Positions 11,115 through 22,035 of a DNA stretch of 64,000 bases are shown one piece after another (positions within the stretch are counted from its first letter, which is position 1; each line of letters starts with the position of its first letter). Location: the sequence record DRR378314_1695. One strand, written 5' to 3'. Both the position numbers and the translations under genes were made by a program. The notes under the pieces are model-generated. The model did no database searches. It saw only the letters and a list, made by a program, of their open reading frames with translations, and was not told the origin of the DNA.

Positions 11115-11624
11115 TTATAACTTCGATTTTTCTTCTTTGTCTTCCGGAAGAAAACTACGATGCTTTTCCATCATCATATTTTGTAAGGAGTCCATTTGTT
11201 GAAATAGTTTTCGCATGTCCGAAAAGTTATTGTTACGCTGTCTTTCAAAGAAATCATTAAAATATTGGCTTCCGTTCATAATGGAATCCATATCCATAAT
11301 CTGTCCAAAATTATGGTCCTCCATTAAGGAGGATAATTTACCATGGGAAAAAAACTTCATGGATTTCATAATACTATCCAAATCCATTTCCTCTGCAAAT
11401 TTTCCCATATTGTCATAGTAGTAGGAATAAATAGAATCATATCCAATAATATTACCCGCTTCATCGTATTTCTTATCTACCTTCCAACTTATTTTCGGTT
11501 TATCCACCGTAAGACTGTCCGTACTTTTTTTCGCCAAATCCTCCTTTGATTTGCCTTGGTCGTTTTGTGCTTGGCATCCAGTTAACATTAGACCTAACAA
11601 AAGGGTAAACATAAATTTTTTCAT
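11115..11624 (-). CDS. Hypothetical lipoprotein, Met/Asp/Phe-rich C-terminus
   Basis: MKK plus hydrophobic stretch plus LTGC lipobox. Confidence 0.7.
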   Translation of the reverse strand: MKKFMFTLLLGLMLTGCQAQNDQGKSKEDLAKKSTDSLTVDKPKISWKVDKKYDEAGNIIGYDSIYSYYYDNMGKFAEEMDLDSIMKSMKFFSHGKLSSLMEDHNFGQIMDMDSIMNGSQYFNDFFERQRNNNFSDMRKLFQQMDSLQNMMMEKHRSFLPEDKEEKSKL

Positions 11625-11818
11625 CTTAAAAAATTTTAATTAAACCTCCGTTTTTTCATTATTAGCCTCAAAAAAAATGCCATCCAAGTTATTATTTAAA
11701 AGGTTGTCAGGTTAAAAATGTGTTAAACATATACTATCTTTAATTATGAAATTCAAAGGTTCCTATTGCGCGCGACAATGGTTAAACGCAGCACCTTTTT
11801 TTATGTGATCTTAATAGA

Positions 11819-14455
11819 ATGAATAAAGAAAAAACATCGCAAGAACAAAAGCGATTGGACGATTCCCGATCCAAAAGAAAGGATTGGCTTAAATGGGGCC
11901 CATATTTAAGTGAGAGGCAATGGGGCACGGTTAGGGAAGATTACAGTCCGGATGGGGATGCATGGAACTATTTTTCACACGAGGATTCCCGTAGTAGGGC
12001 CTATAGATGGGGGGAAGATGGTATTGCCGGGATATCTGACCGATATAGTAATATATGCTTTGGAATAACTTTATGGAACGGTAAAGACCGTATTCTAAAG
12101 GAGCGTCTTTTTGGCCTAACCGGACCACAAGGAAACCACGGAGAGGATGTTAAGGAACTCTATTACTATTTGGAGAACACCCCTACCCATTCCTATATGA
12201 AGCATCTTTACAAATATCCGCAAAATGAATTTCCATATGTACAATTGGTGGAAGAAAACAGGAAGCGTGGAAAAAACGAATTTGAGTACGAACTTTTGGA
12301 TACCGGCATTTTTGACAACAATGAATATTTTGATGTCGTTACGGAATATGCCAAGGCGGACAATGAAGACATTCTCATAAAAATATCTATTAGCAATAGA
12401 AGTTCAAAGTCTGCTCCTACACATGTTCTACCCACTCTTTGGACCAGAAATTTGTGGAGTTTCGTAGGCATGCCCGAAAAACCTATCATAAAAAAACAAA
12501 CCACTAAAGACCAGACCTTTGTTTCCATAAACCACATCTATGTAGGTAACTACAACCTGTACTTTGAAAAACCATCCCGATTGCTGTTTACAGAGAACGA
12601 GACCAATATGGAGAAGGTCTATGCGCAGCCCAATGATCATCCATTTAAAAAGGATCTTTTTCACAATTCCGTGGTGAACAACGATTATTCCATTATTTCC
12701 AAAAATAATCAAGGCACCAAATTCGCACCCCTGTACGAGATGAATCTAGAGGGAGGAGAAACAAAAACGATTAAATTGAGGCTGACTTCCTCTTCTCTGG
12801 AAGCCCCATTCGATAAGGGTTTTGAAACTGCTTTTTCAAAAAGAATCCAAGAATCCCAAGAATTTCTGGATGCTACATTTAAAACAGCCTCTAAAGAAAC
12901 CAAAGAAATAAAAAAACAGGCTATAGCCGGACTGTTATGGTCCAAGCAATATTACAATTATGAGGTGGAAAGGTGGCTGAAAGGAGACCACGAGGAGATG
13001 CCCCCGCCACAAAATAGGTTTTACGGTAGAAACAAGGAATGGAAAACACTGAGAAACCACGATATACTGGCTATGCCCGACACCTGGGAATATCCTTGGT
13101 TCGCTGCCTGGGATACTGCATTCCATTGTGTTAGTCTAGCCTTGGTAGATCCCAGTTTTGCCAAGGATCAATTGCTGTTATTTACCAAGGAATGGTACAT
13201 GGCACCAAACGGACAGATACCGGCATATGAGTGGAATTTCAGCGATGTTAATCCACCCGTACAAGCTTGGGCCTCCCTTCAGGTGTATCAAATGGAGAAA
13301 AATAAGACCGGTAAAGGGGACCTTATATTTTTAAAACGGATGTTCAACAAACTGGCACTTAATTTTACCTGGTGGGTGAACCGTGAAGATAGCCTTGAAA
13401 ACAACGTTTTTGAAGGGGGATTTTTGGGCCTGGACAATATTGGGGTCTTCGATCGTAGTCGCGATATTCCGGGAGGCGGGGTATTGGAACAGGTAGATGG
13501 AACCTCATGGATGGCCCTTTATTGTCTAAACATGTTGGAGATGGCTTTGGAAATTGCGCTGGAAGACAAATCCTTTGAGGATATGACCATGAAATATTTT
13601 GGCCATTTTGTCTTTATCGCAGAAGCTTTAAACAATATAAGTCAGGATTATAATGGTTCATGGGATGAAAGTGAAGGCTTTTTCTATGACAAGTTGATAT
13701 TCCCAAATGGGAATTCCGTACCCATTAAAGTACGTTCCATTTCCGGATTGCTATCACTTACTGCGGTATTGAATATCAAGAAAGAATATTTGGACAAGCT
13801 ACCCAGGTTTAGAAAAAGTATGGAATGGTTTCGTAGACACCGTATAGAAAATGCAAAATATCAGGTAATGGAGGAATACTCCAAAGATCAGGATGTACTA
13901 TTATCATTAGTACCAAAAGAGCGTTTACAAAAGCTGATAGGAAGCATTTTAGACGAAAAGGAATTTCTTTCCCAATATGGCATAAGGTCCCTATCCAAAA
14001 TTCACGAAAAGCCTTACACTATCCATATAGATGGAAAAACCTTTGGGATAAATTATGAACCTGCGGAGTCCTCCACCGGAATGTTTGGAGGAAATTCCAA
14101 TTGGAGGGGGCCTATTTGGATGCCAATGAACTATTTATTTATAAATTCCCTAAGGGAGTATCATAGCTATTTTGGGAATAAATTGGAATTTTCTTATCCC
14201 ACAGGTAATGGAAATATGATGAATTTAAAGGATATTAGTGATGAAATTGGTAAAAGACTGATAAAACTATTTGAAAAGGATGCGAATGGTAATAGACCCA
14301 TTCACCAATTGCATGAAGAAAAATACCGGGACCCACATTTTAAGGACCTGATCTTGTTTTATGAGTATTTTCATGGGTGCAGTGGCAGAGGTGTAGGAGC
14401 TTCACATCAAACCGGATGGACCGCTTTGGTGGTAAATTTAATGGAAGAAATATAA
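11819..14455 (+). CDS. GH63 (MGH1-like) glycoside hydrolase
   Basis: WGPYLSERQWGTVREDYS, MPDTWEYPWFAAWD, NSNWRGPIW, GASHQTGWT. Confidence 0.85.
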   Translation: MNKEKTSQEQKRLDDSRSKRKDWLKWGPYLSERQWGTVREDYSPDGDAWNYFSHEDSRSRAYRWGEDGIAGISDRYSNICFGITLWNGKDRILKERLFGLTGPQGNHGEDVKELYYYLENTPTHSYMKHLYKYPQNEFPYVQLVEENRKRGKNEFEYELLDTGIFDNNEYFDVVTEYAKADNEDILIKISISNRSSKSAPTHVLPTLWTRNLWSFVGMPEKPIIKKQTTKDQTFVSINHIYVGNYNLYFEKPSRLLFTENETNMEKVYAQPNDHPFKKDLFHNSVVNNDYSIISKNNQGTKFAPLYEMNLEGGETKTIKLRLTSSSLEAPFDKGFETAFSKRIQESQEFLDATFKTASKETKEIKKQAIAGLLWSKQYYNYEVERWLKGDHEEMPPPQNRFYGRNKEWKTLRNHDILAMPDTWEYPWFAAWDTAFHCVSLALVDPSFAKDQLLLFTKEWYMAPNGQIPAYEWNFSDVNPPVQAWASLQVYQMEKNKTGKGDLIFLKRMFNKLALNFTWWVNREDSLENNVFEGGFLGLDNIGVFDRSRDIPGGGVLEQVDGTSWMALYCLNMLEMALEIALEDKSFEDMTMKYFGHFVFIAEALNNISQDYNGSWDESEGFFYDKLIFPNGNSVPIKVRSISGLLSLTAVLNIKKEYLDKLPRFRKSMEWFRRHRIENAKYQVMEEYSKDQDVLLSLVPKERLQKLIGSILDEKEFLSQYGIRSLSKIHEKPYTIHIDGKTFGINYEPAESSTGMFGGNSNWRGPIWMPMNYLFINSLREYHSYFGNKLEFSYPTGNGNMMNLKDISDEIGKRLIKLFEKDANGNRPIHQLHEEKYRDPHFKDLILFYEYFHGCSGRGVGASHQTGWTALVVNLMEEI

Positions 14456-14462
14456 CTGTAAT

Positions 14463-16439
14463 TTGGAAAATCTATTTAAAAAGGAATGGTTGGCCACCAA
14501 CGGGCTTGGCGGTTATGCCTCAGGTGCCGTCAACGGCGCCAATACAAGACAGTATCACGGTCTATTGGTTGCTGCCCTTGAGCCACCTACCGACCGCACT
14601 GTGGTGGTGGCAAAAATTGAGGAGCGCGTTCTAATAGATGGGCAATATCATAATATTTCTACCAACCAATATCCAAAAGTGATTTTTCCTGATGGAGGTA
14701 AATATTTAAAGAATTTTGATGTTGACCCCTCCCCTACCTGGCAGTTTGCCGATAGTGATTGGGATTTGCGCAAAAATGTACAAATGATATCAGGGTCCAA
14801 CACCACTGTACTTTCCTACACCAACAATGGAAATAGGCCTTTGGTCCTGGAGCTACATCCCCTCTACGCCTACAACGATTTTCACACCACATTTCACGAA
14901 ACCCCTTGCTATAATTTCTTTACGGAGTTCAATAACGACCATTTAAAGACATTCCCCGAGTATGGGAGCAATCCGGTTTATACCGGGTGGAGTGCAGGAC
15001 ATTATTTTGAGGCCCGTTGTTGGTTCAAAAATATCATCCTCTCCAAGGGTAAAGCTCGTGGCCTCGGATCGGTCTGTGACCATTATAGGATCGGATATCT
15101 TGTACATGAACTGCAGCCGGGGGAAGATCTTATCTTGTATTTCACCATAGAGGAGAACATTGTAACGGAAGGGATAGAAAAAACTCTATCCTTAAACAAT
15201 AAAAACAGCACAGGGAACAAAGAAAATCTAGTACCTGGGTTCTTTAAAGACCTCATGTTATCTGGAGAACAATTTATGGTCCAAAGAAAGTCTACCAATA
15301 GTATGTCTATAATTGCCGGCTATCACTGGTTTACGGATTGGGGAAGGGATACTATGATCGCCATGCGCGGATTGACCATAGCCACTGGCAAAAAAGAACT
15401 GTCCAAATCCATTTTGAATACTTTCTTTAAAAGTGTGGATCAGGGGATGATCCCGGACCGCTTTCCAGATAACGCCAAAGATCCGGTTCATTACAATACC
15501 ATGGACGCTACACTTTGGCTTTTTGTGGCCAGCTATGACTACCAAAAAAAATTCGAGGATATTGCATTTGTAAAAGATCATATTGAAATATTAAAAAATA
15601 TATTGGACCAGCATATTGCCGGCGCCCGCTACAACATTCACATTACAGAGGAAGGATTTATTTACGGTGGGGAATGCAAGGTACAGCTTACATGGATGGA
15701 TGCCATTGTAGGTGGAAAAGTGATTACCCCCAGAGTGGGATGTCCAGTAGAGGTAAATGCTCTATGGTATAACGCCCTTAAGATTTATGAAAACTTCTGT
15801 GAAATTCTCAATGTTGATATTGAAGCCGGTTACCTAGAATTGATTGCCAAGTTTGAATCCAATTTTACCAAATTTTTTATCAATCCACAAGGAACCTTAT
15901 TCGATGTGATCATACCTGGGATCTCGCAGGACAATGCCCTGCGCCCCAATCAAATATACTGTCTTAGTCTACCTTTCGGCGTTTTGGACAACGACCAACA
16001 AAGACGCATTTTTGAGGCCGTGGAAAATAAACTATATACCCCCTATGGACTGCGTACCTTGGATCCGGATAGTCCGGAATATAAACCGAACTATGAAGGT
16101 AATCAATGGTCACGGGACCATGCTTACCACCAAGGAACGGTATGGCCATTCCTACTTCATGAATATTTTCAGGCCTATTTCAAAATCTACGGAACCTCTA
16201 CAGAGAACAAGAAAAAAGTAATGTTGGAATTGGAGCCGTTGCGCAAACATTTTTATCAGGACAACGGCATACATTGTATTTCCGAGATTTTTAACGGTAG
16301 TGAACCCCAAGAGGGAAAAGGCTGCATTCAACAAGCTTGGTCGGTAGCGGCCATTATAAAATTATACATAGATTTTGGTCTCGACAAAATTGAACAGGAA
16401 GAAGAGCCGATGCCTAAATATACCTTTTTAAAGGTTTGA
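14463..16439 (+). CDS. Amylo-alpha-1,6-glucosidase / glycogen debranching enzyme (GH133)
   Basis: EWLATNGLGGYAS, AGYHWFTDWGRDTMI, QLTWMDA, YHQGTVWP, QAWSVA; TTG start. Confidence 0.88.
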   Translation: MENLFKKEWLATNGLGGYASGAVNGANTRQYHGLLVAALEPPTDRTVVVAKIEERVLIDGQYHNISTNQYPKVIFPDGGKYLKNFDVDPSPTWQFADSDWDLRKNVQMISGSNTTVLSYTNNGNRPLVLELHPLYAYNDFHTTFHETPCYNFFTEFNNDHLKTFPEYGSNPVYTGWSAGHYFEARCWFKNIILSKGKARGLGSVCDHYRIGYLVHELQPGEDLILYFTIEENIVTEGIEKTLSLNNKNSTGNKENLVPGFFKDLMLSGEQFMVQRKSTNSMSIIAGYHWFTDWGRDTMIAMRGLTIATGKKELSKSILNTFFKSVDQGMIPDRFPDNAKDPVHYNTMDATLWLFVASYDYQKKFEDIAFVKDHIEILKNILDQHIAGARYNIHITEEGFIYGGECKVQLTWMDAIVGGKVITPRVGCPVEVNALWYNALKIYENFCEILNVDIEAGYLELIAKFESNFTKFFINPQGTLFDVIIPGISQDNALRPNQIYCLSLPFGVLDNDQQRRIFEAVENKLYTPYGLRTLDPDSPEYKPNYEGNQWSRDHAYHQGTVWPFLLHEYFQAYFKIYGTSTENKKKVMLELEPLRKHFYQDNGIHCISEIFNGSEPQEGKGCIQQAWSVAAIIKLYIDFGLDKIEQEEEPMPKYTFLKV

Positions 16440-16560
16440 TTAGCGTTTTGGTCATGACAATAAATCACAACTTAAAATTTTATAGATTATTTTCCTCAAG
16501 CCTTGAAGTTATTTTGTATTTTTTGAAAACCAAAAAACCCATCAAATAAATCAACCAACC

Positions 16561-17937
16561 ATGGATACCAAGATTTTTAACATCAACCGAAGACATTTTT
16601 TAAAAGGGGCCGCAGCATCCCTGGCACTTTCCTCTTTTGGATCCTATGGTATGGAGCTTATTTATCGGGATAAACCGCTAAGGGTTGGACTTATTGGTAC
16701 AGGGTGGTATGGAAAAAGTGATCTTTTTAGGCTAATGCAGGTGACCAAGGTAGACGTAGTTTCTATCTGCGATGTGGACAACAATTTACTTAACGAAGCG
16801 GCAAAGCTTATCAGTCTTAGGCAACCGTCCGGAAAAACCCCGAGAACTTATAGGGATTATAGAAAAATGCTCGCAGAAAAGGATTTGGACATAGTGCTTA
16901 TTGGTACCCCGGACCACTGGCATGCCCTTCAAGCCATAGAGGCTTTAAAATCCGGGGCCCATGTCTATGTGCAAAAACCAATAAGTGTTGATGTAATAGA
17001 GGGTGAAGCCATGGTAGCTGCCGCCAGAAAATATAACAAGGTAGTACAGGTTGGAACCCAGCGTAAGAGTACCCCGCATCTTATAGATGCCAAAAAAAAT
17101 ATAGTGGATGCCGGCTTATTGGGCAAGGTTTCCCACGTGGAAATGTGTTGTTATTACCATATGAGGGCCAATGGCAATCCTCCCTTGGAAAAGGTTCCGG
17201 ATTTTTTGGATTATGAAATGTGGACAGGCCCCGCTCCCCTGCGTCCTTATGATGGAATTCCCCATAGGCGTTGGTGGCGTACCTTTATGGAGTACGGCAA
17301 TGGCATAATGGGCGATATGTGCGTGCACATGTTGGACACAGTAAGGTGGATGTTAGAGCTGGATTGGCCAAATCGAATAAGTTCTACTGGGGGTATCTAT
17401 GTACAAAAAGATGGAAAATCCAATATTGCCGATACCCAAACTGCCATCTTTGAATATGAGGAACTCAACTGCGTATGGCAACATAGAAGCTGGGGAACCC
17501 CTGCAGACCCGGATTACCCTTGGTCGTTTAAACTATATGGCGAAAAAGGCACATTGTCCGGAAGCACCATGAGATATGACTTTGTTCCCCATGGAGGTGG
17601 GGAAAAGATCCATATGGACGTAATTTATGAAAAGGAAAAATATCCTGAAGACCTTACCGAAAAAGATATAGAACTAAATGCTGCTCCTGCGACCAGATTG
17701 CATATGTTGGACTTCCTCGCTGCAATTGATAAGGGTACCTTGCCTATTGCCGATATCCGGGAAGGACATGTTTCCACAGCCAGCTGCATTTTGGCCAATA
17801 TGGCCATGGCTACGGGAAGACCTTTGATCTATGATCCAAATAATATTGTAGTGGTGAATGATGCGGAGGCAACGGCGCTTTTGCAAAGGGATTATCGTGC
17901 CCCTTGGAAACATCCACATCCCAACGATTTCAAATAG
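16561..17937 (+). CDS. Tat-exported Gfo/Idh/MocA family oxidoreductase
   Basis: NRRHFLK signal, GTGWYG, TPDHWH, YVQKP, WTGPAP. Confidence 0.9.
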   Translation: MDTKIFNINRRHFLKGAAASLALSSFGSYGMELIYRDKPLRVGLIGTGWYGKSDLFRLMQVTKVDVVSICDVDNNLLNEAAKLISLRQPSGKTPRTYRDYRKMLAEKDLDIVLIGTPDHWHALQAIEALKSGAHVYVQKPISVDVIEGEAMVAAARKYNKVVQVGTQRKSTPHLIDAKKNIVDAGLLGKVSHVEMCCYYHMRANGNPPLEKVPDFLDYEMWTGPAPLRPYDGIPHRRWWRTFMEYGNGIMGDMCVHMLDTVRWMLELDWPNRISSTGGIYVQKDGKSNIADTQTAIFEYEELNCVWQHRSWGTPADPDYPWSFKLYGEKGTLSGSTMRYDFVPHGGGEKIHMDVIYEKEKYPEDLTEKDIELNAAPATRLHMLDFLAAIDKGTLPIADIREGHVSTASCILANMAMATGRPLIYDPNNIVVVNDAEATALLQRDYRAPWKHPHPNDFK

Positions 17938-17975
17938 AGATACCTTGGCTAACGAATAGTTTTCACTGATGGATT

Positions 17976-18650
17976 CTAATCTAAAATTCGCCCATCCTCC
18001 ATCTGTATAATACGATCTGTACGTTTGGCAAAGTCCTCGTCGTGTGTCACGATCAAAAGGGAAAGACCTTCCTCCTCCTTAAGACGTTTAAAAATACTGA
18101 AGACATTTTCCGAATTGTGACTGTCCAAATTCCCTGTAGGTTCATCTCCCATAAGAATGGAAGGGTTATTTATTAAGGCCCTGGCGATCGCCACCCTTTG
18201 TTTTTCCCCGCCGGATATCCGCGAGGCCCGTTGGTGGGCCAACTTTTCTATATCCAACATTCTTAATTTCTCCATGGCATCGTGTTCTATTTCTGCCAAG
18301 GACTTCTCTGCCAATTTTTTGGCTGGCAGCATCACATTTTCCAATACGCTAAACTCGGACAACAAATAATGGAACTGAAACACGAATCCTATATTTTTAT
18401 TCCGAATTTGGGACAGTTTGCTATGTTTTTGTCCGGTAATCAATTCGTTGTTCAAATATAGTTCTCCTGTGTAATCCGTATCCATGGTAGACAGAATATA
18501 TAGCAGGGTAGACTTCCCTGATCCCGATTTACCCATGATAGAGGCAAATTCCCCCATTTTTATTCTGAAAGAAATATCCTTGAGCACATGAAATTTCACA
18601 GGCTTTTCAAAGTATTTATTGATATTTTTTGTCTCTAAAACGAAGTCCAT
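17976..18650 (-). CDS. ABC transporter ATP-binding protein (LolD/MacB type)
   Basis: Walker A GKSGSGKST, signature ISGGEKQR, Walker B region DEPTGNLD. Confidence 0.93.
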   Translation of the reverse strand: MDFVLETKNINKYFEKPVKFHVLKDISFRIKMGEFASIMGKSGSGKSTLLYILSTMDTDYTGELYLNNELITGQKHSKLSQIRNKNIGFVFQFHYLLSEFSVLENVMLPAKKLAEKSLAEIEHDAMEKLRMLDIEKLAHQRASRISGGEKQRVAIARALINNPSILMGDEPTGNLDSHNSENVFSIFKRLKEEEGLSLLIVTHDEDFAKRTDRIIQMEDGRILD

Positions 18651-18659
18651 TTTTCTAGG

Positions 18660-19922
18660 TTAAGTTCCCCTAATAATCCGCACAGGGTCTATGCGCTTTG
18701 CTTTGTTGGAAGGCAACCAACCGGCAACAAAGGTCGAAATCAGGGCAAAGGAAATGCCAATGATATAATACCAAATATTATAGTTTATGGGATAGGTGGT
18801 AATGGTTGGCAACGCCTCGGTTTCGAATGCCACATTATCTATTAGTTTGGAAAGAACAAACCCAACAAATAGACCAAGTATCCCGCCCAATGCCCCAATG
18901 ATCATGGCCTGACTCATAAAAATTAGTTGTACATCGGTACCCGAAAACCCTGTAGCTTTTAATATGGCGATATCCTTCATTTTTTCATAAATAAGCATGT
19001 TTAGTATATTATAGATTCCAAAACCGGCAACAATCAGTAATGTAATGGACACGGCATAGGTAATAAGGTTTCGGATATTGGATCCCGTTTCAAATTGGGC
19101 ATTGGCCTCATTTACACTTGTCGCCTTTACTTGAAACTGTTTCCCCAAACTACTTGCCATGGTCGTGGCTTCGTTAATATCGTACAACTTTACATTGATA
19201 TCGGTAACGTAATTCTGGGCCTCACCCAAAATACGTTGCACCGTCTTTAGATTGGCATAACTCTGAATATTATCTATATCCGCAATACCGCTTTGGTATA
19301 TCCCTACAATTTTTAGGGGAAAAACATCGCCCTTTATAGTACTGACCTGTACTCGATCACCCTCCTTGAGCGACATTTTTTTGGCAAGGCCCGCTCCCAA
19401 AAGTATTCCGTTTTCACTGTTTTTTAGATCCTGTGCCGTTCCCTCCACTATATAATCATCAATATTAGAGAGTCTTGCCTCTTCCATAATATCCACTCCT
19501 ACCAAGTTCCCCCCTAATTCTATAGATCCGGAGAGATAAAAGATCTGCGCCCTTAGTTGGGGCGTTGCACCATAAACCTTTTTGTCCTTTTTTAGATAAT
19601 TCAAGATGGGGAGACCATTATGGATCTTCTTCTGACTTTGTTTGGGCTTAACGGAATTAACCACATTAAAGGCATCCTCAAATTCCTGATATAGGGCAAT
19701 GGGCTGTTTTTCTGAAGGTTCTATCTCATTGTAGATATGGATATGGGGCGTTTGGTTCAAAATAAGACTGTCCAGCATTTCATTGAGCCCCGTCATAAAA
19801 CTCACCAAAGTAATATAGGCCCCGATACCAAAGGTAACACCTAGGGAGGCCGTTACCGTAGATTTCATCTTGGTTAACAGATGGGTTTTAGCGATGTTCA
19901 ATATGACCTTCCAATTGATCAT
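18660..19922 (-). CDS. ABC transporter permease (MacB/FtsX/LolC-E family)
   Basis: One TM, a large periplasmic domain and three further TMs; IAILKATG motif. Confidence 0.88.
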   Translation of the reverse strand: MINWKVILNIAKTHLLTKMKSTVTASLGVTFGIGAYITLVSFMTGLNEMLDSLILNQTPHIHIYNEIEPSEKQPIALYQEFEDAFNVVNSVKPKQSQKKIHNGLPILNYLKKDKKVYGATPQLRAQIFYLSGSIELGGNLVGVDIMEEARLSNIDDYIVEGTAQDLKNSENGILLGAGLAKKMSLKEGDRVQVSTIKGDVFPLKIVGIYQSGIADIDNIQSYANLKTVQRILGEAQNYVTDINVKLYDINEATTMASSLGKQFQVKATSVNEANAQFETGSNIRNLITYAVSITLLIVAGFGIYNILNMLIYEKMKDIAILKATGFSGTDVQLIFMSQAMIIGALGGILGLFVGFVLSKLIDNVAFETEALPTITTYPINYNIWYYIIGISFALISTFVAGWLPSNKAKRIDPVRIIRGT

Positions 19923-21001
19923 TCTTCAGGTTTTAGAATCTCCGTGGTCTCATTGATACCATTTATAATTTCTACACGCTCCAAATTTTGAAGCCCGGGA
20001 ACAACTTCAACAAGTCCGTCCGGAGTCCTCACTTTGTTCCCCTCCAATAAAAACTCCTTGGGAATGGTCAAGACGCTTTCCTTCTCGGAAATAATTATAT
20101 TTCCCTCCCCTGCCAAACCAGGGTAAAGCGCTTGCGGTGGATTGCTAAAAATGGCCTCTGCCTTAAAGGTCTGGGAACGCTCATCCTTTTTGGGATATAT
20201 TTTGTTTACTTTGGCATCAAATACCTCATTGCCATAAGCATCCAAAGTAATAAGGGCTTTTTGGCCCAGCTGAAGTTTTACGATATCGACCTCGTCTATC
20301 AACAATTCAATAATAAAATCCGTAGCACTGCCAACCGATGCCAAAGGCTCCATAGTATTGACTATTTCCCCTGGGTTTTTGTATAAGGCATAAAGTTTTC
20401 CATTGATCTTGCTACTAACGGTAAAATCCTTGGTGGTAAGCTGCGAGGTATTATAATTGTTGAGCGCCTGCTGAACTTGGGTAGAAAGTTCGTTCTTGGT
20501 CTGGACATATTTATTTTTAAGTTGCTTTAAATTATTTCCTGAAATTTCATAAGCAAGTTTGCGGTTCTCAAACTGCACTTTCGATCCAATATTTTGATCC
20601 CAAAGCCTCTTTTGCCTAATAAAATTCATAGAATCGTTTTTAAAGGACAAGGTTGCCGATTGGATCTCATCTTCCAACGAACCTAAAACCGCCGAACTGC
20701 CGTTGTAATTTTCTTGCGCCAATTGAAGTGCCAAGCGCGCATTTTCCGTGTTGAGTTTCGGGGTACTGTTCACAATCTGGATAATTGGTGTCCCCTTGCT
20801 TACCAATTCCCCTTCCTCCAACAAATTACGGTCCAAAATACCTGCAACGGGGGCATAAGCCTGATACAGACTATCTGGCTGCACGGTTACGGAAGCATAA
20901 ACCGATTCCGTTAGATGGATTTTAGTGGGAAATATCTTTTCTTGTTTGTCTCCGCAGGATAAAAAAAGAAATAGACAATGGATCAATAAATAATTCCTCA
21001 T
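19919..21001 (-). CDS. Efflux periplasmic adaptor (HlyD/MFP), lipoprotein
   Basis: LSC lipobox, lipoyl-like half motifs flanking a coiled-coil hairpin; 4-bp overlap with the permease. Confidence 0.85.
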   Translation of the reverse strand: MRNYLLIHCLFLFLSCGDKQEKIFPTKIHLTESVYASVTVQPDSLYQAYAPVAGILDRNLLEEGELVSKGTPIIQIVNSTPKLNTENARLALQLAQENYNGSSAVLGSLEDEIQSATLSFKNDSMNFIRQKRLWDQNIGSKVQFENRKLAYEISGNNLKQLKNKYVQTKNELSTQVQQALNNYNTSQLTTKDFTVSSKINGKLYALYKNPGEIVNTMEPLASVGSATDFIIELLIDEVDIVKLQLGQKALITLDAYGNEVFDAKVNKIYPKKDERSQTFKAEAIFSNPPQALYPGLAGEGNIIISEKESVLTIPKEFLLEGNKVRTPDGLVEVVPGLQNLERVEIINGINETTEILKPEE

Positions 21002-21024
21002 AGACAATATTAACTAAGATAGCC

Positions 21025-21067
21025 CAAAATAAAGGGAAATATACTTTATAGAATATGAGAAAAATCA
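21025..21067 (-). promoter_or_regulatory. Degenerate Crp/Fnr-type box plus -7 element for the efflux operon
   Basis: TGAGAAAAATCA at 21056-21067 (one mismatch); TTATTTTG on the minus strand 23 nt away. Confidence 0.55.
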
Positions 21068-21378
21068 TATAGGCTTCTATCCCAAAAGTATTCTTTACCG
21101 TTCATCCAAGAATATAGCAAACGATATATAATTATTGAATAGCTCATTGCCCTACGCGGGTGTCCCGGCTTGGCCCCATCATTCCGTAAAACCCATATAA
21201 GCGGGTTTCATCACTAAAATAACCGAATTAAATGTAGCGTTAGGAAATTTTAAAAAATCCATAGCAAAAGGACACCCCTAAAGCGCTTTTTTTTACCAAC
21301 GCTAAAGCAATGTCCTTTGACCAAATTTAGAATTTGATCCTACCCATTATTTAATAAGAGGTAGGGCCTATACTAATC

Positions 21379-21888
21379 CTAAAGAAATTTTCCAGTTTCG
21401 TCCAGTTTAACCCGCAACATTTTATCCCCGTTCTCTAATTTAACCTTATAGGTTTTCTTTGCACCTAGAACATCGGTAAAGGAGACCAAATAAATATCTT
21501 TCGTAATAACCCATCCTGGAAAACGATCCGCTATGCTCTCCCTTACTGAAGTTGGCAAATTTATATCCTTAAACTTTTCAGCAGTGCGCAGTAGCTTTCC
21601 ATCGCCATCATAAGCGGCAAGAATTTTGCCTTCGGGAATAAAAAAGGTAATATTATAAAGGTCATAATCGTCCTGATAATATTCTGAGCTTTTAATATCA
21701 TAGGTCGCCACCTTTTCCTGCAATAGCTTCACCGGCACAGATGCCAACTCTCCAGTGTTGATATCATTGAGATATTTATAGTTGGTGGCGTAAACCGTTA
21801 CCTCCGATAATTCAACCGTAGGGATAATTTGAGAAAAGGATTGGGCGGTTAGTCCAATAGCTAATAAACCAAATAGAATTTTTTTCAT
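21379..21888 (-). CDS. Secreted hypothetical protein with a PepSY/BLIP-like C-terminal repeat
   Basis: Signal peptide MKKILFGLLAIG; LPTSVRESIADRFPGWVITK segment typical of such repeats. Confidence 0.6.
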   Translation of the reverse strand: MKKILFGLLAIGLTAQSFSQIIPTVELSEVTVYATNYKYLNDINTGELASVPVKLLQEKVATYDIKSSEYYQDDYDLYNITFFIPEGKILAAYDGDGKLLRTAEKFKDINLPTSVRESIADRFPGWVITKDIYLVSFTDVLGAKKTYKVKLENGDKMLRVKLDETGKFL

Positions 21889-21945
21889 GATCATTAAGTT
21901 TAAATATTAATTAGTATTAACATGGACTTCCTTTGTCCAATGGTA

Positions 21946-21988
21946 GCAAATTATCCCAACTTAAGGGCTTCTACAATGACCTAAGTCA
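21946..21988 (-). promoter_or_regulatory. Crp/Fnr-type box plus -7 element
   Basis: AA-TGACCTAAGTCA-TT at 21977-21988; TAATTTGC on the minus strand 23 nt away. Confidence 0.75.
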
Positions 21989-22035
21989 TTATGCTACATT
22001 CAATTAAGAAATCCCACACCCCCAGAAGTCAGAAC

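Noticed and set aside
16455-16467. TGAC-AATAA-ATCA upstream of the second Gfo/Idh/MocA gene
   Set aside because: The spacer is 5 nt, not 4, so it is not counted as a regulon box.
21379-21888. Possible enzyme assignment (nucleotidyltransferase-type label) for this protein
   Set aside because: No HxGH or other catalytic motif is visible and it has a signal peptide; left as hypothetical.
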